Part shown: piece after piece, positions 9,850-18,832 of the stretch
How the letters are laid out: every line of letters starts with the position of its first letter
Position numbering within the stretch: the first letter of the stretch is position 1
IMG/VR virus record: IMGVR_UViG_3300033233_000027
Location: 1 to 64,000 of that record
DNA from: a virus
Strand: one strand, 5' to 3'
Length of the DNA: 64,000 nt
Program-made: the position numbers and the translations under genes
Notes under the pieces: model-generated
The model's input: only the letters and a program-made list of their open reading frames with translations
The model's database searches: none
What the model was told of the DNA's origin: nothing

Positions 9850-10188
9850 TCATGTAGTCCGAATGTCATGTTGATACTGTGCGTATACCTGCTCCTTGAG
9901 TTCGTCTGTCGGCTTGAGAAGGATGCGCAGGTCATTCGCAAGACCCACGAATCCTTCCGGGCTCTCTTCCAGCACCTTCTTCACGATCAGTCTCTTTAGC
10001 GAGGAGATTCTGGCCGCGATCTCCAGCTCGACAATGCCCCTCTTTTCGGCTTCCCGCTTTTCGCTTCTCCGAGGAAGGTGACGACGGCACCAAGGACGGT
10101 TAAGCTCTTCCGCGACAGCTTTGTTTTGGCATTGAGGCGAACCGAAAACACGAAGCCTTCCTGAGCATTTCCCAAGATCAGGATTCAT
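9850..10188 (-). CDS. Protein with Cys/His cluster (C...C...WCRRH)
   Basis: Start MNPDLGKC in ATGA overlap with upstream stop. Confidence 0.6.
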   Translation of the reverse strand: MNPDLGKCSGRLRVFGSPQCQNKAVAEELNRPWCRRHLPRRSEKREAEKRGIVELEIAARISSLKRLIVKKVLEESPEGFVGLANDLRILLKPTDELKEQVYAQYQHDIRTT

Positions 10189-10484
10189 CGCTTCCCTTTC
10201 CTCGCACGAGGCATCCGCACAGGACGAGCCGCCAGCTCCTCCTGCGCCTGTTCGTAGGTGATGCCACTCGCTTCTGAGTAGCGACTGATTAGGCCCATCT
10301 CGTAGTTGTCCAGCCAATCGTAGAATTCAGAATCCGTCAGTTCCCTGTCGGTAAAGTTAGCCATCCCCTTCCAATAGGCTACCGTGCGCGGATCGCCCAT
10401 CTGGGTATTTAAGAACGTCCAATATTGGTCCCACGCTTCCAACGCTTCCAGAATGTCACGCTCTCTCTTCATACTTTTCATCAT
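10185..10484 (-). CDS. Hypothetical protein
   Basis: ATGA overlaps at both ends. Confidence 0.65.
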   Translation of the reverse strand: MMKSMKRERDILEALEAWDQYWTFLNTQMGDPRTVAYWKGMANFTDRELTDSEFYDWLDNYEMGLISRYSEASGITYEQAQEELAARPVRMPRARKGKR

Positions 10485-10891
10485 TTCGCGACTGGTCCAA
10501 CGGCACCGTACGCCTGCGGCAGTGCCTGAGCTTTTGCCTGTGGCAGAGCGGGCGTTCCTCCGTGTAATCCCCACATACCAACGCCGAACATGGAAGCTGC
10601 CGCGAGCTCGGACAGTAGGGCCGGCAACCAACTTTTGAATGCGAGGAGGAGAGCAGCTGAGGCCAGCGTAGAGAATCCGAATACGACCCAGAGACCACGA
10701 TCTGCCTCGGCAGTCGCAGTAGGATCTCCGCGTTCAGCGAGTGATCGGAGGGCCGTCCAGCTTGGACTCATGCTGGCACTCAAAGAGGCGACGGCAATGG
10801 CAGAGAGGATGCCTGGCGCGGATGTGTCCTGTGGCGAGAGGTGAACCAGCCCTAGACTCGTTCTCTTTCCAGACCAAGGCATCTGCTTCAT
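10481..10891 (-). CDS. Membrane protein
   Basis: 2-3 hydrophobic segments; leader ends KRTSLG. Confidence 0.7.
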   Translation of the reverse strand: MKQMPWSGKRTSLGLVHLSPQDTSAPGILSAIAVASLSASMSPSWTALRSLAERGDPTATAEADRGLWVVFGFSTLASAALLLAFKSWLPALLSELAAASMFGVGMWGLHGGTPALPQAKAQALPQAYGAVGPVAK

Positions 10892-11154
10892 GTTTTTACG
10901 TTGTCTACAAGGCTGATGAGATCCATCAAGGCCCCGAGCCCGCTCAGGATCCCTACGCCAGTGCCGATATAGGACACAGCACCTTTCTCCCGCGCCGCAA
11001 TCCAGAATCCAAGGAAGGACATCGATCCGTGCGTGAGGAGCCTGAGAGAATCACCGAGCGGTGCAGGGAAACCGAGCATCGCATCGAAGGCCTGCCCCAT
11101 CTTAGGGCTGGAAGGTTCTAGTGCGGACATGCCGATTGGTTGCTCAATATTCAT
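10888..11154 (-). CDS. Small membrane protein
   Basis: Probable start MNIEQPIG; KMGQ motif; two hydrophobic segments. Confidence 0.6.
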   Translation of the reverse strand: MNIEQPIGMSALEPSSPKMGQAFDAMLGFPAPLGDSLRLLTHGSMSFLGFWIAAREKGAVSYIGTGVGILSGLGALMDLISLVDNVKT

Positions 11155-11827
11155 CGGCCTCTTCCTCCTCTTCTCGCGCTTCTCCACGTTCTTCCGCATC
11201 CACGAGCAGCTGTTCGAAGGCTTTGATCCACTCCTCTCCTTCTAGGTCGGTCGACAGGAGGCCGCCAGAGAAGATGTACTCAATGAGTTGATCTGCCTCC
11301 TCCTCGAGTGCGGCCAGTTCATACTGCTCTGGAGAGTCATAGTCGCGGCTCATCTCTCTCGCGTCGTATACGCCTGGGCCATTATAGTCCCGTTCCACTT
11401 CGGCCCATTGAGGATACGATTCGTGGTGTGACTCAAGGAGTCTATCAAAATCCTTTCGGTTCTGGACATTGACGAACGGATACTCCTCGTAGACGTACGC
11501 CGCTCTGCCATCTGGAATGTCGCTGATCTCCATTACGTCCAAGCCTTGCGGCTCGTTGTATTGGATCTCCTTGATCTGCGTCTTGTCCCTTATCCGTCCG
11601 TCTACGACAAGGGCCACGCCGATGCTGGCGCGTTCGGAGCTTAGGAATTCTGCGTATGGATAGATCCCAGCTCGTGGCCCCATCTTGTCCAGCCAGGAGA
11701 TGATCGTCTTCGTCTTCGGATTCCACTTCATCGATACGCTGCGTTTTCTTTCGCTCCAGTCCTTCGGAGTTATCGGATGGTCGTCTATGAAGATGGCGTT
11801 TCCGATGTGCTTCGCGCCCAAGATCAA
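11144..11827 (-). CDS. Acidic hypothetical protein (internal MKWNP)
   Basis: 227 aa; TTGA overlap with upstream stop, SD GAGGAGG. Confidence 0.75.
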   Translation of the reverse strand: MILGAKHIGNAIFIDDHPITPKDWSERKRSVSMKWNPKTKTIISWLDKMGPRAGIYPYAEFLSSERASIGVALVVDGRIRDKTQIKEIQYNEPQGLDVMEISDIPDGRAAYVYEEYPFVNVQNRKDFDRLLESHHESYPQWAEVERDYNGPGVYDAREMSRDYDSPEQYELAALEEEADQLIEYIFSGGLLSTDLEGEEWIKAFEQLLVDAEERGEAREEEEEADEY

Positions 11828-12315
11828 TCCTCCTCAACGATCTTTCGCAGGGAGGAAAGGACAGAGTAGTAGACCTCTTCCTTCTCACGCATTTGCCCTA
11901 AGCCTATATCGCCTACGATGCCTTGGTCGCTATGGCCAAATTCTCCTGTGGCTTCGTCCACATAGCCCATGCGCTCAAGATTCGAACTGAGCCATGAGGT
12001 CAATCTATGGTTGTAGACATCTGGCTCAATCTGGGGACTATCCAACTCTTCTTCGCTCGAATTGGAGATCGCATCCAAGGATTGGTAGATGAATTCGTAC
12101 TTCCAGTCATCTGGCATCATTTCGCCGTGTGCTGGATGCACGATCAGATCATTCACCCATTCTTGGGCATCCTTCGCGTACCAGTATTCTTCTCCAGAAT
12201 CCCGTTTGCCTAGATGAAAGTAGCGGGCGATCTTATCGGCAAGTTCCTGGACGGTCAGGTTCCTAAATGCCGCCCCTGGGGTCTTTCCAGGACTCCACTT
12301 CATCTCTCCAGCCAT
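11824..12315 (-). CDS. Acidic hypothetical protein, MAGEMKWSP N-terminus
   Basis: ATG 12315 after poly-G SD; first gene behind the promoter at 12356-12383. Confidence 0.85.
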   Translation of the reverse strand: MAGEMKWSPGKTPGAAFRNLTVQELADKIARYFHLGKRDSGEEYWYAKDAQEWVNDLIVHPAHGEMMPDDWKYEFIYQSLDAISNSSEEELDSPQIEPDVYNHRLTSWLSSNLERMGYVDEATGEFGHSDQGIVGDIGLGQMREKEEVYYSVLSSLRKIVEED

Positions 12316-12355
12316 TCCCCCCCCCACGAAATGCGCTTGTGTCGTTCGCGGAATG

Positions 12356-12383
12356 ATGATACCATCTTGGCTGAATAGATCAA
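12356..12383 (-). promoter_or_regulatory. Putative sigma70 promoter (extended -10)
   Basis: TTGATC-N16-TATCAT with TG extension. Confidence 0.5.
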
Positions 12384-12407
12384 GCGACTAACCCTCTCTC
12401 CACGAAT

Positions 12408-12440
12408 GCGCCCCGTCTCGGGCCTCTCTGAGCGGGGCGC
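12408..12440 (-). terminator. GC-rich hairpin after glycosyltransferase
   Basis: GCGCCCCG...CGGGGCGC inverted repeat; no strong U-run. Confidence 0.45.
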
Positions 12441-12448
12441 TTCCCTAA

Positions 12449-13453
12449 CTACGAGCCTAGGCGTGATATCTCATCCCTGATTGTCGCCAAGGCGACTTCA
12501 GGGGCGTTTGAGTAAGCTGCTCGGTCATTGAACGCGTAGTCTGGGGCAGATTTTATCGCACAGGCTGCTGCAAACTCCTTCTCAGCCTCCCTGAGTCTTC
12601 CGGTCTTGGCCAGATGGGCTCCGATGGCGATCAGCGGTTCGCGTCTAGCTGGACAGCATCGATTAGCCGCCTGGAATGCCGCCACGGCCTCGCTTTGCAT
12701 CCCCATATCCCGAAATGCCCAGCCGATCGTTAGATGCGCCTGTGAGGAGTCCATATCAGTGCATTGAGCGGAAGAAAGCCATCGTCGAAGCTCTCGGATG
12801 CAGCCTCGATAATTTCCCATCCCGTAGAATTCCATCCCTAGGTTCCAGTGCGCTGCAATGTGGGATGGGTCGACCTGCACTTCCTCAAGCAGGAGTTCCA
12901 GATTCTGCTTCCTTCTTTCTTCAATCTTTTCAGGGGACTTTGGAACGTGGAATATGAAAGCGTCCTTGATGACATGGACAAGAGCTTTCTTCTCTTCTAG
13001 TGGGATCAACTCCTCATGGATTCGGAATCGCCATTCCCACAGCTTTCTCTTCCAGACTATTCTCCGGTTGTATTCGCGCTCTTCCGTGTTTCGGAAACGC
13101 ACTGTACCGGCGTTGGCCTTCAGTCTGTCTGCTGTCGCTATGCTGGCCCGCAGTGTCCGCTCCGAACCATCCGCGAGTCTCTCATCGCAATCAACACTCA
13201 ACAGCCAGTCGGAGGTGGCGAACTCAGCCGCTGCGTTTCTGGCGTTCGCAAAGTGGAATGGGTCTTCGAACTTTTCTGAGTGCGTATGGAGATTCGGAAA
13301 CCCGAGTTCTTCAGCAATGCGCAATGTGCCATCAGAGGATCCAGTGTCCAGAAGGACGATCTCATCCAGTTCCCGCAGTGACTTCAGGCAGTCTCCTATC
13401 AGCGTCTCTTCGTTCTTTGAGATCAGGACTGCCCCGATGGTCGGTTTCTTCAC
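12449..13453 (-). CDS. GT2 glycosyltransferase with C-terminal TPR repeats
   Basis: ISKNEE..I..CL.SL, DTGSSDGT, FANARN, SVDCDE (DxD), IHE, then TPR-like helices. Confidence 0.92.
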   Translation of the reverse strand: MKKPTIGAVLISKNEETLIGDCLKSLRELDEIVLLDTGSSDGTLRIAEELGFPNLHTHSEKFEDPFHFANARNAAAEFATSDWLLSVDCDERLADGSERTLRASIATADRLKANAGTVRFRNTEEREYNRRIVWKRKLWEWRFRIHEELIPLEEKKALVHVIKDAFIFHVPKSPEKIEERRKQNLELLLEEVQVDPSHIAAHWNLGMEFYGMGNYRGCIRELRRWLSSAQCTDMDSSQAHLTIGWAFRDMGMQSEAVAAFQAANRCCPARREPLIAIGAHLAKTGRLREAEKEFAAACAIKSAPDYAFNDRAAYSNAPEVALATIRDEISRLGS

Positions 13454-13462
13454 GGCTTCGAC

Positions 13463-13831
13463 TCAAACTGTATCTGGGAATATCCGTTCTGCGAGGCCAT
13501 GGAGCAGATAGCAAGCTGCGCTTGCGACAAGTCCGTCCACGACTGAGGCCAGCAGATGGCGGTGAACAAACACTGAGGCGGGAGAGAACGCATACCAAGA
13601 AAGTGCGAGTCCGATCCAGAACCCAATGCAGGGGGGGCACCCAACGAGGTCAAGCCACAGAGATCGAGGCTCCTCTTCTTGAGTACCGTCTTTCGCCTTC
13701 TTGATTCGAACGTAACTGGGCGGAATCTTCCTTGCAAGAGAGCGCAATGGCTGCCCTAATTTTAGAACAGCGATGGCGTTTGCAAGTCCGTAGGATGCGA
13801 GAACGAACCAAAGCGCAGCGATCCAATACAC
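13463..13831 (-). CDS. DUF1360-like membrane protein
   Basis: LVGCPPCIGFWIG motif with flanking TM segments. Confidence 0.65.
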   Translation of the reverse strand: MYWIAALWFVLASYGLANAIAVLKLGQPLRSLARKIPPSYVRIKKAKDGTQEEEPRSLWLDLVGCPPCIGFWIGLALSWYAFSPASVFVHRHLLASVVDGLVASAACYLLHGLAERIFPDTV

Positions 13832-13890
13832 TCAGCACCCCCCTCGGCAATGTGCCGTCGCCGGCAGCATCCATTTCCCTGTCCACACCA

Positions 13891-14247
13891 TCACGCACCT
13901 CCCGTTTTCGGTTCCCGCTTCAACAGATCGAATGTGCCTTTGTCACTCTTCGGAATGATCGCCACTGGAAGCCTGATGCCTTTGGATACTTCCGAGACAG
14001 CTGGCGCAATCTGAGCCATTAGTAGCCATGGCGATGCCCCGCAGATCCTTGAGCCATCCTCTCCGAACAACTCAAACGCCGAAGTTGCGCCATTGGACAT
14101 CGCGACCATTCCAAGGAGGCTGATTGCGGCCGACAGGTCATTATCGAACTGAAGATTGACTTGGACAGACTCCTTTCCGCATTGAAGTACGGCCCTGTAC
14201 TTCTTTAGGTTCGTCGCCGCTGCGATAGGCAATAGTGCTTCAATCAC
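13891..14247 (-). CDS. Hypothetical protein
   Basis: GTGA overlap with upstream gene; SD GGAGG. Confidence 0.6.
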   Translation of the reverse strand: MIEALLPIAAATNLKKYRAVLQCGKESVQVNLQFDNDLSAAISLLGMVAMSNGATSAFELFGEDGSRICGASPWLLMAQIAPAVSEVSKGIRLPVAIIPKSDKGTFDLLKREPKTGGA

Positions 14248-14741
14248 AGTAGGCCTCCATCCCTGAGTAGCCTGCCCAATCCTTTGGCCAACTCACCGCG
14301 GACGACCATTCCGTTCGTACCAGGCATCTTGAGAATGAGGGATGGTTTTTCTCCGTTACCTTCCTCGTAGTAGGAGATATTTACGATGTCTCCAAGAGGT
14401 GTGCTGATGCTGGTCTGTCGGCGGGCCTCAGGCTCTACGCCATCGTCCTGGACGCGTTCAAAAAATTCTACCGGATGGCCAGCACAGAGATATTGGCCAG
14501 TCGCAGGATTCTTCATGTGCCAGCAACATTCCCAGAGAACCAGTGTTTCCACGAGTTCACCCGATATGGCGTCCTTGCCTTCAGATCGTTCGATGACATG
14601 ATATTCGTTCGGCCACCCGACTCGCTTCAAAGTGAATGGGGTGAAGTCTCCCTCTGGCTTTGCGTTCTTCTTGACTCGCACGACATCGCCAGGATTGATT
14701 ACCATCTGCTCCGCATCAGCGGCGTTCGGCTGATTTTCCAC
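14244..14741 (-). CDS. Hypothetical protein
   Basis: 165 aa; SD GGAGGG. Confidence 0.7.
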   Translation of the reverse strand: MENQPNAADAEQMVINPGDVVRVKKNAKPEGDFTPFTLKRVGWPNEYHVIERSEGKDAISGELVETLVLWECCWHMKNPATGQYLCAGHPVEFFERVQDDGVEPEARRQTSISTPLGDIVNISYYEEGNGEKPSLILKMPGTNGMVVRGELAKGLGRLLRDGGLL

Positions 14742-14886
14742 GCTTCCCTCCGTTCACTCTTAGGAGTCGGCACAGCAACTCATCCATCGTCTCTGCAACC
14801 TGAATTCTTTCTGCCAGCCAGGAATGGAGTTCTGGCGACACCATGACGGTTTTCTTTCCCTTGCTCTCGCTCTTGATGTACGGCAT
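14716..14886 (-). CDS. Ribbon-helix-helix-like small DNA-binding protein
   Basis: KTVMVSPELHSWLAERIQVAETMDELLCRLL: strand-helix-helix RHH pattern. Confidence 0.6.
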   Translation of the reverse strand: MPYIKSESKGKKTVMVSPELHSWLAERIQVAETMDELLCRLLRVNGGKRGKSAERR

Positions 14887-14894
14887 ACGGGGAG

Positions 14895-14959
14895 TTTTTA
14901 CGCGCAATACGCACATCAGTCAAGAGGAACTTGCGCGAGGAAAATACAGTTGGTATCGT
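14895..14959. promoter_or_regulatory. Divergent promoter pair at the strand switch
   Basis: Minus: TTGACT-N17-TAAAAA, 8 nt to ATG 14886. Plus: TTGCGC-N17-TATCGT (TG extension), 6 nt to ATG 14966. Confidence 0.5.
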
Positions 14960-14965
14960 CTCGCG

Positions 14966-15217
14966 ATGGAATATACTTCAGGCGAACTGAGACCGTCTCC
15001 AGGTGAAGTGCGCTGGTCGAAGAAAACTTCTGGAGATTGGGGATACGTTGACGGCGCAGCAAAGGTCACGACCAAGATCGGGCCGTTCTCCACGGAACTT
15101 GACTTCTGGATTGAACCGAATGAGATAAAGTTCCTGAGAGAGTTCGCGAATAAGGCTGAGGCGTGGCTGGCTCTTTCGGAAGAGGAGCGAAAGCTACGAG
15201 GAAAGAAGAGAAAGTGA
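14966..15217 (+). CDS. Hypothetical protein (probably leaderless)
   Basis: Start MEYTSGELRP directly behind the -10 element. Confidence 0.6.
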   Translation: MEYTSGELRPSPGEVRWSKKTSGDWGYVDGAAKVTTKIGPFSTELDFWIEPNEIKFLREFANKAEAWLALSEEERKLRGKKRK

Positions 15218-15245
15218 TTTATGAGTTCGCAGAATATTTTTGTGC

Positions 15246-15275
15246 TTGACATCGCGTAGCGAGTTAAGATAAAGT
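15246..15275 (+). promoter_or_regulatory. Putative sigma70 promoter of the replication operon
   Basis: TTGACA-N18-TAAAGT. Confidence 0.55.
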
Positions 15276-15417
15276 TCCGACCGTGCAGCTAAGGAAAATG
15301 AATCCGACCACTAGAGCCCGGCGCCTGCCCATCAGCCCGCACTCCTTGCTGCACACAAGATCGCGAGCGGGATGACAGGCGCCGTCCTCAGGTGGTCGTT
15401 GGTAAGAGGGGTTAACC

Positions 15418-15726
15418 ATGCCGTACAACTGGGGATTCATAAAGGCGTATCCACCACCAGACGACTCTCCACATAGATACCGTTACGACTGGACGGACCC
15501 TAAGGACTCAGATGCCTGGCCGTGCGCCTACTGTGGAGAACTACAAGGCTCTGGTTGGCCAAGTTTCGATATCGGCTCAGAACGGATTTGTCGTAACTGT
15601 CCATTTCGGATGCTTTTCGAACTGCAAAAAGCAAGCCCGCCTGGATGTGGTCTGGTAGTTCCTAGAGAATTCTCAAGTATCCTCCGCTCCATTCACCGAG
15701 GTACGGCTCGTACGAAGAGGGGCTAG
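15418..15726 (+). CDS. Cys-containing hypothetical protein
   Basis: CAYC...CRNC; SD GAGGGG. Confidence 0.55.
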   Translation: MPYNWGFIKAYPPPDDSPHRYRYDWTDPKDSDAWPCAYCGELQGSGWPSFDIGSERICRNCPFRMLFELQKASPPGCGLVVPREFSSILRSIHRGTARTKRG

Positions 15727-15759
15727 TAACGTAAGCGTAAGGCGAGAGAGGGGTCGGTC

Positions 15760-16569
15760 GTGGAGGGATGGATAAAGCTCTGGCGCAAAATAAGAGAGAA
15801 CGAGATCTGGGCGTTCAAGCCATGGTCATTTGGGCAGGCTTGGGCAGAGATGGTTATGTGCGCCAAGTTTTCTGATTGCGCTATCACGTTCCAAGGCAAC
15901 GTGTTCGATATAAAAAGAGGTCAACTGGTAACTACACTTCGCCAGCTTTCTAGGGACTTTGGGTGGGGGGATCACAGGGTAAAGAGGTACATCGAACTAC
16001 TCAAAAAACGACGCATGATCGACGCACATAACGACGCAGGCTGTATAATTGTAACTATATGCAGATACGATACTTACCAAGGCTCAGACTCAGACTCGAC
16101 GCACCAGTATGTTCAAAGTCGACGCACTGACGACGCACTGACGACGCACGACATAAGAAGGGAAGAAGGAGAAGAAGAGAAGAAGGGAGAAGAGGCGCAC
16201 GAAACACGTATAGGCGCCAGTGAGTCAAACCCGCCGAACGGAGCTCATCCTACCTCCCCAGATTTTATCGACTCTCTAAAGAAGGCAATCCCTGGGTCAT
16301 CGCCTGAAGAAGAGGTCGAACGGCAGCTATTCCAGTTGGCTAAGCGGACGTGCGTTTGCCCAGCCAAGGACGATACCATTCGGAGAACGATCCGTGCCCT
16401 ACGGAAACGTGAGGATGTTGGTACTGCTAGACTGCAACAGTATCTGATGTCTAGGGAATCGGTCGGTCGTCATACGAATGACTGGTTAGACCACTTCAAG
16501 CCACAGAAGAATTTAAGCAACGGAGATATCCAGCATGAGCGAGCGCCAAAGATTGACAAGCGTTACTGA
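15760..16569 (+). CDS. Phage replication initiator / replisome organiser
   Basis: MEGWIKLWRKI.E..IW..KP....QAW N-terminus, RGQLVT..RQL wHTH; overlaps helicase gene; internal iterons. Confidence 0.85.
   Translation: MEGWIKLWRKIRENEIWAFKPWSFGQAWAEMVMCAKFSDCAITFQGNVFDIKRGQLVTTLRQLSRDFGWGDHRVKRYIELLKKRRMIDAHNDAGCIIVTICRYDTYQGSDSDSTHQYVQSRRTDDALTTHDIRREEGEEEKKGEEAHETRIGASESNPPNGAHPTSPDFIDSLKKAIPGSSPEEEVERQLFQLAKRTCVCPAKDDTIRRTIRALRKREDVGTARLQQYLMSRESVGRHTNDWLDHFKPQKNLSNGDIQHERAPKIDKRY
16009..16148 (+). repeat. Seven CGACGCA iteron-like repeats (putative origin)
   Basis: Copies at 16009, 16020, 16032, 16097, 16120, 16131, 16142. Confidence 0.75.
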
Positions 16570-17857
16570 TTCTCCTTGGATCGACGCAGAGCTTGGTGTC
16601 ATTGGAAGCCTTCTGGTCTGGCCAGAAAACCTAGCTGAAGTTGCTGTAATCCTACGGCCAGATGATTTCCTGCATCCACAGTGCAAGGCATTATTCGAAG
16701 CGATGTTGGATACGGATCTAGTTGTTAAGAACGGAAATAAAGAAGAAATCTACGCAACCCGAGTGTGGAATAGGCTATTCGAAAAAGGTAGAGGAGATTT
16801 TGTTGCTAAAGCGTTCATCGCACAATTGATGCAAGACTCCGTACACTCCACCACCGCAGTAGATTATTGTCAGGTCATAATCCGATGGGGAAGAGCCAGA
16901 GCTATGCGCGAGGTGTTTCAGAAAGCCTCTTCTGAAATCGAGATGGCGGCAGAACTTTCTGACGAGTCTCTGGCGGCTTGGGAATCAAAGATACACGAAT
17001 ACGCCGCCAACCGACTCTCACGTACCCCACTTGAGGCTAACGCACTCATGAGGAAGTTGGGTGAGATCCTTGACTCCCCTGCTCCGGAGGCTTCCATCAC
17101 TACTGGACTATTGGACTTAGACCGTGACAGTGATCTGTTTGAGCCAGGCGCGTTCACGGTCATTGCTGGGCGTCCGTCCATGGGGAAGTCAACGCTCATG
17201 CGGAATCTGGTTCACCACATTTCTCCGAACTACAGCACATTGGTCTTCAGCCTAGAAGAATCCAAGGAGATGTTTAGTACGAAGCTCGCCTGTTCCCTTG
17301 CGAAGCTTCCGTACAAAAAAGTTTCAAGGCGGGAACTGTCTGAGATCGATAGGCAGCGGGTTCTCCTTGCGATGGGCATGGTCAGTGAATACAAGCTTCG
17401 AACATCGGACGACTGCCTTTCAACCCGAGAGATCATTGGTGCCATCAAGATGCTCCGCGCAAAGAGCCAGCCTCCTCGAGTAGTCTTAATCGATCATTTC
17501 CAGGCAATGCATCACGAGCGCACCAAGGGCGAAAACGATGTTTCAATGTATACCAGGACGGTTCATAAACTGGCTAGGGCTGCGGTCGAAAATAACTGCG
17601 CTATAGTTCTATTCTGCCAGCTGAATCGTAACTGCGAATACCGGACGGAGCCGCGCCCATATCTCAGCGACCTCCGTGATACGGGTGCGCTTGAGCAGGC
17701 TGCGTGGAATGCCTTATTCATCTGGGCTGAGGATAGGAAAGAGCCGCACCGTTACATCTACGTGGCGAAGCAGCGCAACGGTCCTACGTTTGAGGTAAAA
17801 CTATACTTCGATGGAGAGTACGGGTTATTTGGAAATTCTGTTAAGGAGGGGTTATGA
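16535..17857 (+). CDS. dnaB: Replicative DNA helicase DnaB
   Basis: AE.GVIGSLL N-domain, Walker A AGRPSMGKS, FSLEE, IDHFQ, CQLNR, SDLRDTGALEQ, KQRNGP. Confidence 0.96.
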   Translation: MSERQRLTSVTDSPWIDAELGVIGSLLVWPENLAEVAVILRPDDFLHPQCKALFEAMLDTDLVVKNGNKEEIYATRVWNRLFEKGRGDFVAKAFIAQLMQDSVHSTTAVDYCQVIIRWGRARAMREVFQKASSEIEMAAELSDESLAAWESKIHEYAANRLSRTPLEANALMRKLGEILDSPAPEASITTGLLDLDRDSDLFEPGAFTVIAGRPSMGKSTLMRNLVHHISPNYSTLVFSLEESKEMFSTKLACSLAKLPYKKVSRRELSEIDRQRVLLAMGMVSEYKLRTSDDCLSTREIIGAIKMLRAKSQPPRVVLIDHFQAMHHERTKGENDVSMYTRTVHKLARAAVENNCAIVLFCQLNRNCEYRTEPRPYLSDLRDTGALEQAAWNALFIWAEDRKEPHRYIYVAKQRNGPTFEVKLYFDGEYGLFGNSVKEGL

Positions 17858-18069
17858 CCAAGGAACATCACTTGAAAGTCCTGCGCTCCATTCTGAAAGA
17901 AACAACCGACATGGAGAAAAGGCGTTCCTTGAACACCGCTCTGCTCGCGGTGGATATTTACTATCTTGTTCAAGCAGCACGTATGCAGGAAAAACTGGAT
18001 GCTTCACAAAAAAAGGATGGACAATGTCACGCGCAAAAGATGAAAAAGAATTCGGTGGATCTGAATTGA
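17854..18069 (+). CDS. Hypothetical protein
   Basis: ATGA overlap with dnaB; SD AAGGAGG. Confidence 0.6.
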   Translation: MTKEHHLKVLRSILKETTDMEKRRSLNTALLAVDIYYLVQAARMQEKLDASQKKDGQCHAQKMKKNSVDLN

Positions 18070-18557
18070 AAAATGAGTTGGATGCCACACTGGATAGGGC
18101 GACGGCACTTGCGAAGCAACTGGAGGATGCGAAGCGGACTCTTGAGATTGAGAGATCAAGGGCCCATGGGATGATTACGGCGATGAACAAGGAGGTTCAG
18201 AGATGGAAATCCAGAAAGAGCAGCTCAGGTGAGGAGTGGCGTTCCGCTCACGGATCCGTAAAGCTTGAGAACGGAACCCTGCGTGATGCGCTTGCGAATG
18301 CTGAGGCCCAGTTGGCTGCGGCAAAGTCTGAACTGGCGCAAACCAAGGACGCCCTGTCCAAGGCCTCGCACACGGAGAACGCAATGCGGTCGACGCTTGA
18401 TATCCTTGAGAGAAGATCGAAGAGCGCAGAGACAGAAGCTGCGAAGGTTAGGCAACAGGAAGAGGCTAGGAAGGCTAGAGCGACGGAAAAGCTGGAGCGC
18501 AAGGCTGATCCAGTTGGCGATGCGAGGCCGGTTACGAAAGATGTTGCGCGAAATTAG
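18024..18557 (+). CDS. Coiled-coil protein
   Basis: Start MSRAKDEK; A/E/K/L heptads. Confidence 0.7.
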   Translation: MSRAKDEKEFGGSELKNELDATLDRATALAKQLEDAKRTLEIERSRAHGMITAMNKEVQRWKSRKSSSGEEWRSAHGSVKLENGTLRDALANAEAQLAAAKSELAQTKDALSKASHTENAMRSTLDILERRSKSAETEAAKVRQQEEARKARATEKLERKADPVGDARPVTKDVARN

Positions 18558-18832
18558 GATTAAACGCAGTGCTAAAGAAAACGAGACCGAAGCGTGCTGT
18601 GTCCAAGGCAAAGCGGATCGCCCCAGACATAAATGCTTTTGTTGGGAAGCTAAATCTTGAACAGCGCATGGTTCTGATATCTGGCATACTTACCGTATTC
18701 AAGATACTCACTGGGCCCGCACTCATTTCTGAATGGCTGAATGGGGCACCCACGATCAACACGAAAGTCGCTGGGCCGTGGAGAGGGAAGGGATCTTTCG
18801 GAAAAGGTTTTGGGCCTCAAGGGAGAAGGTAG

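Noticed and set aside
9850-10317. MAGQL start as a fifth MAGE-type tag
   Set aside because: TTG start lies inside another gene and lacks WxP; real start is likely ATG 10188.
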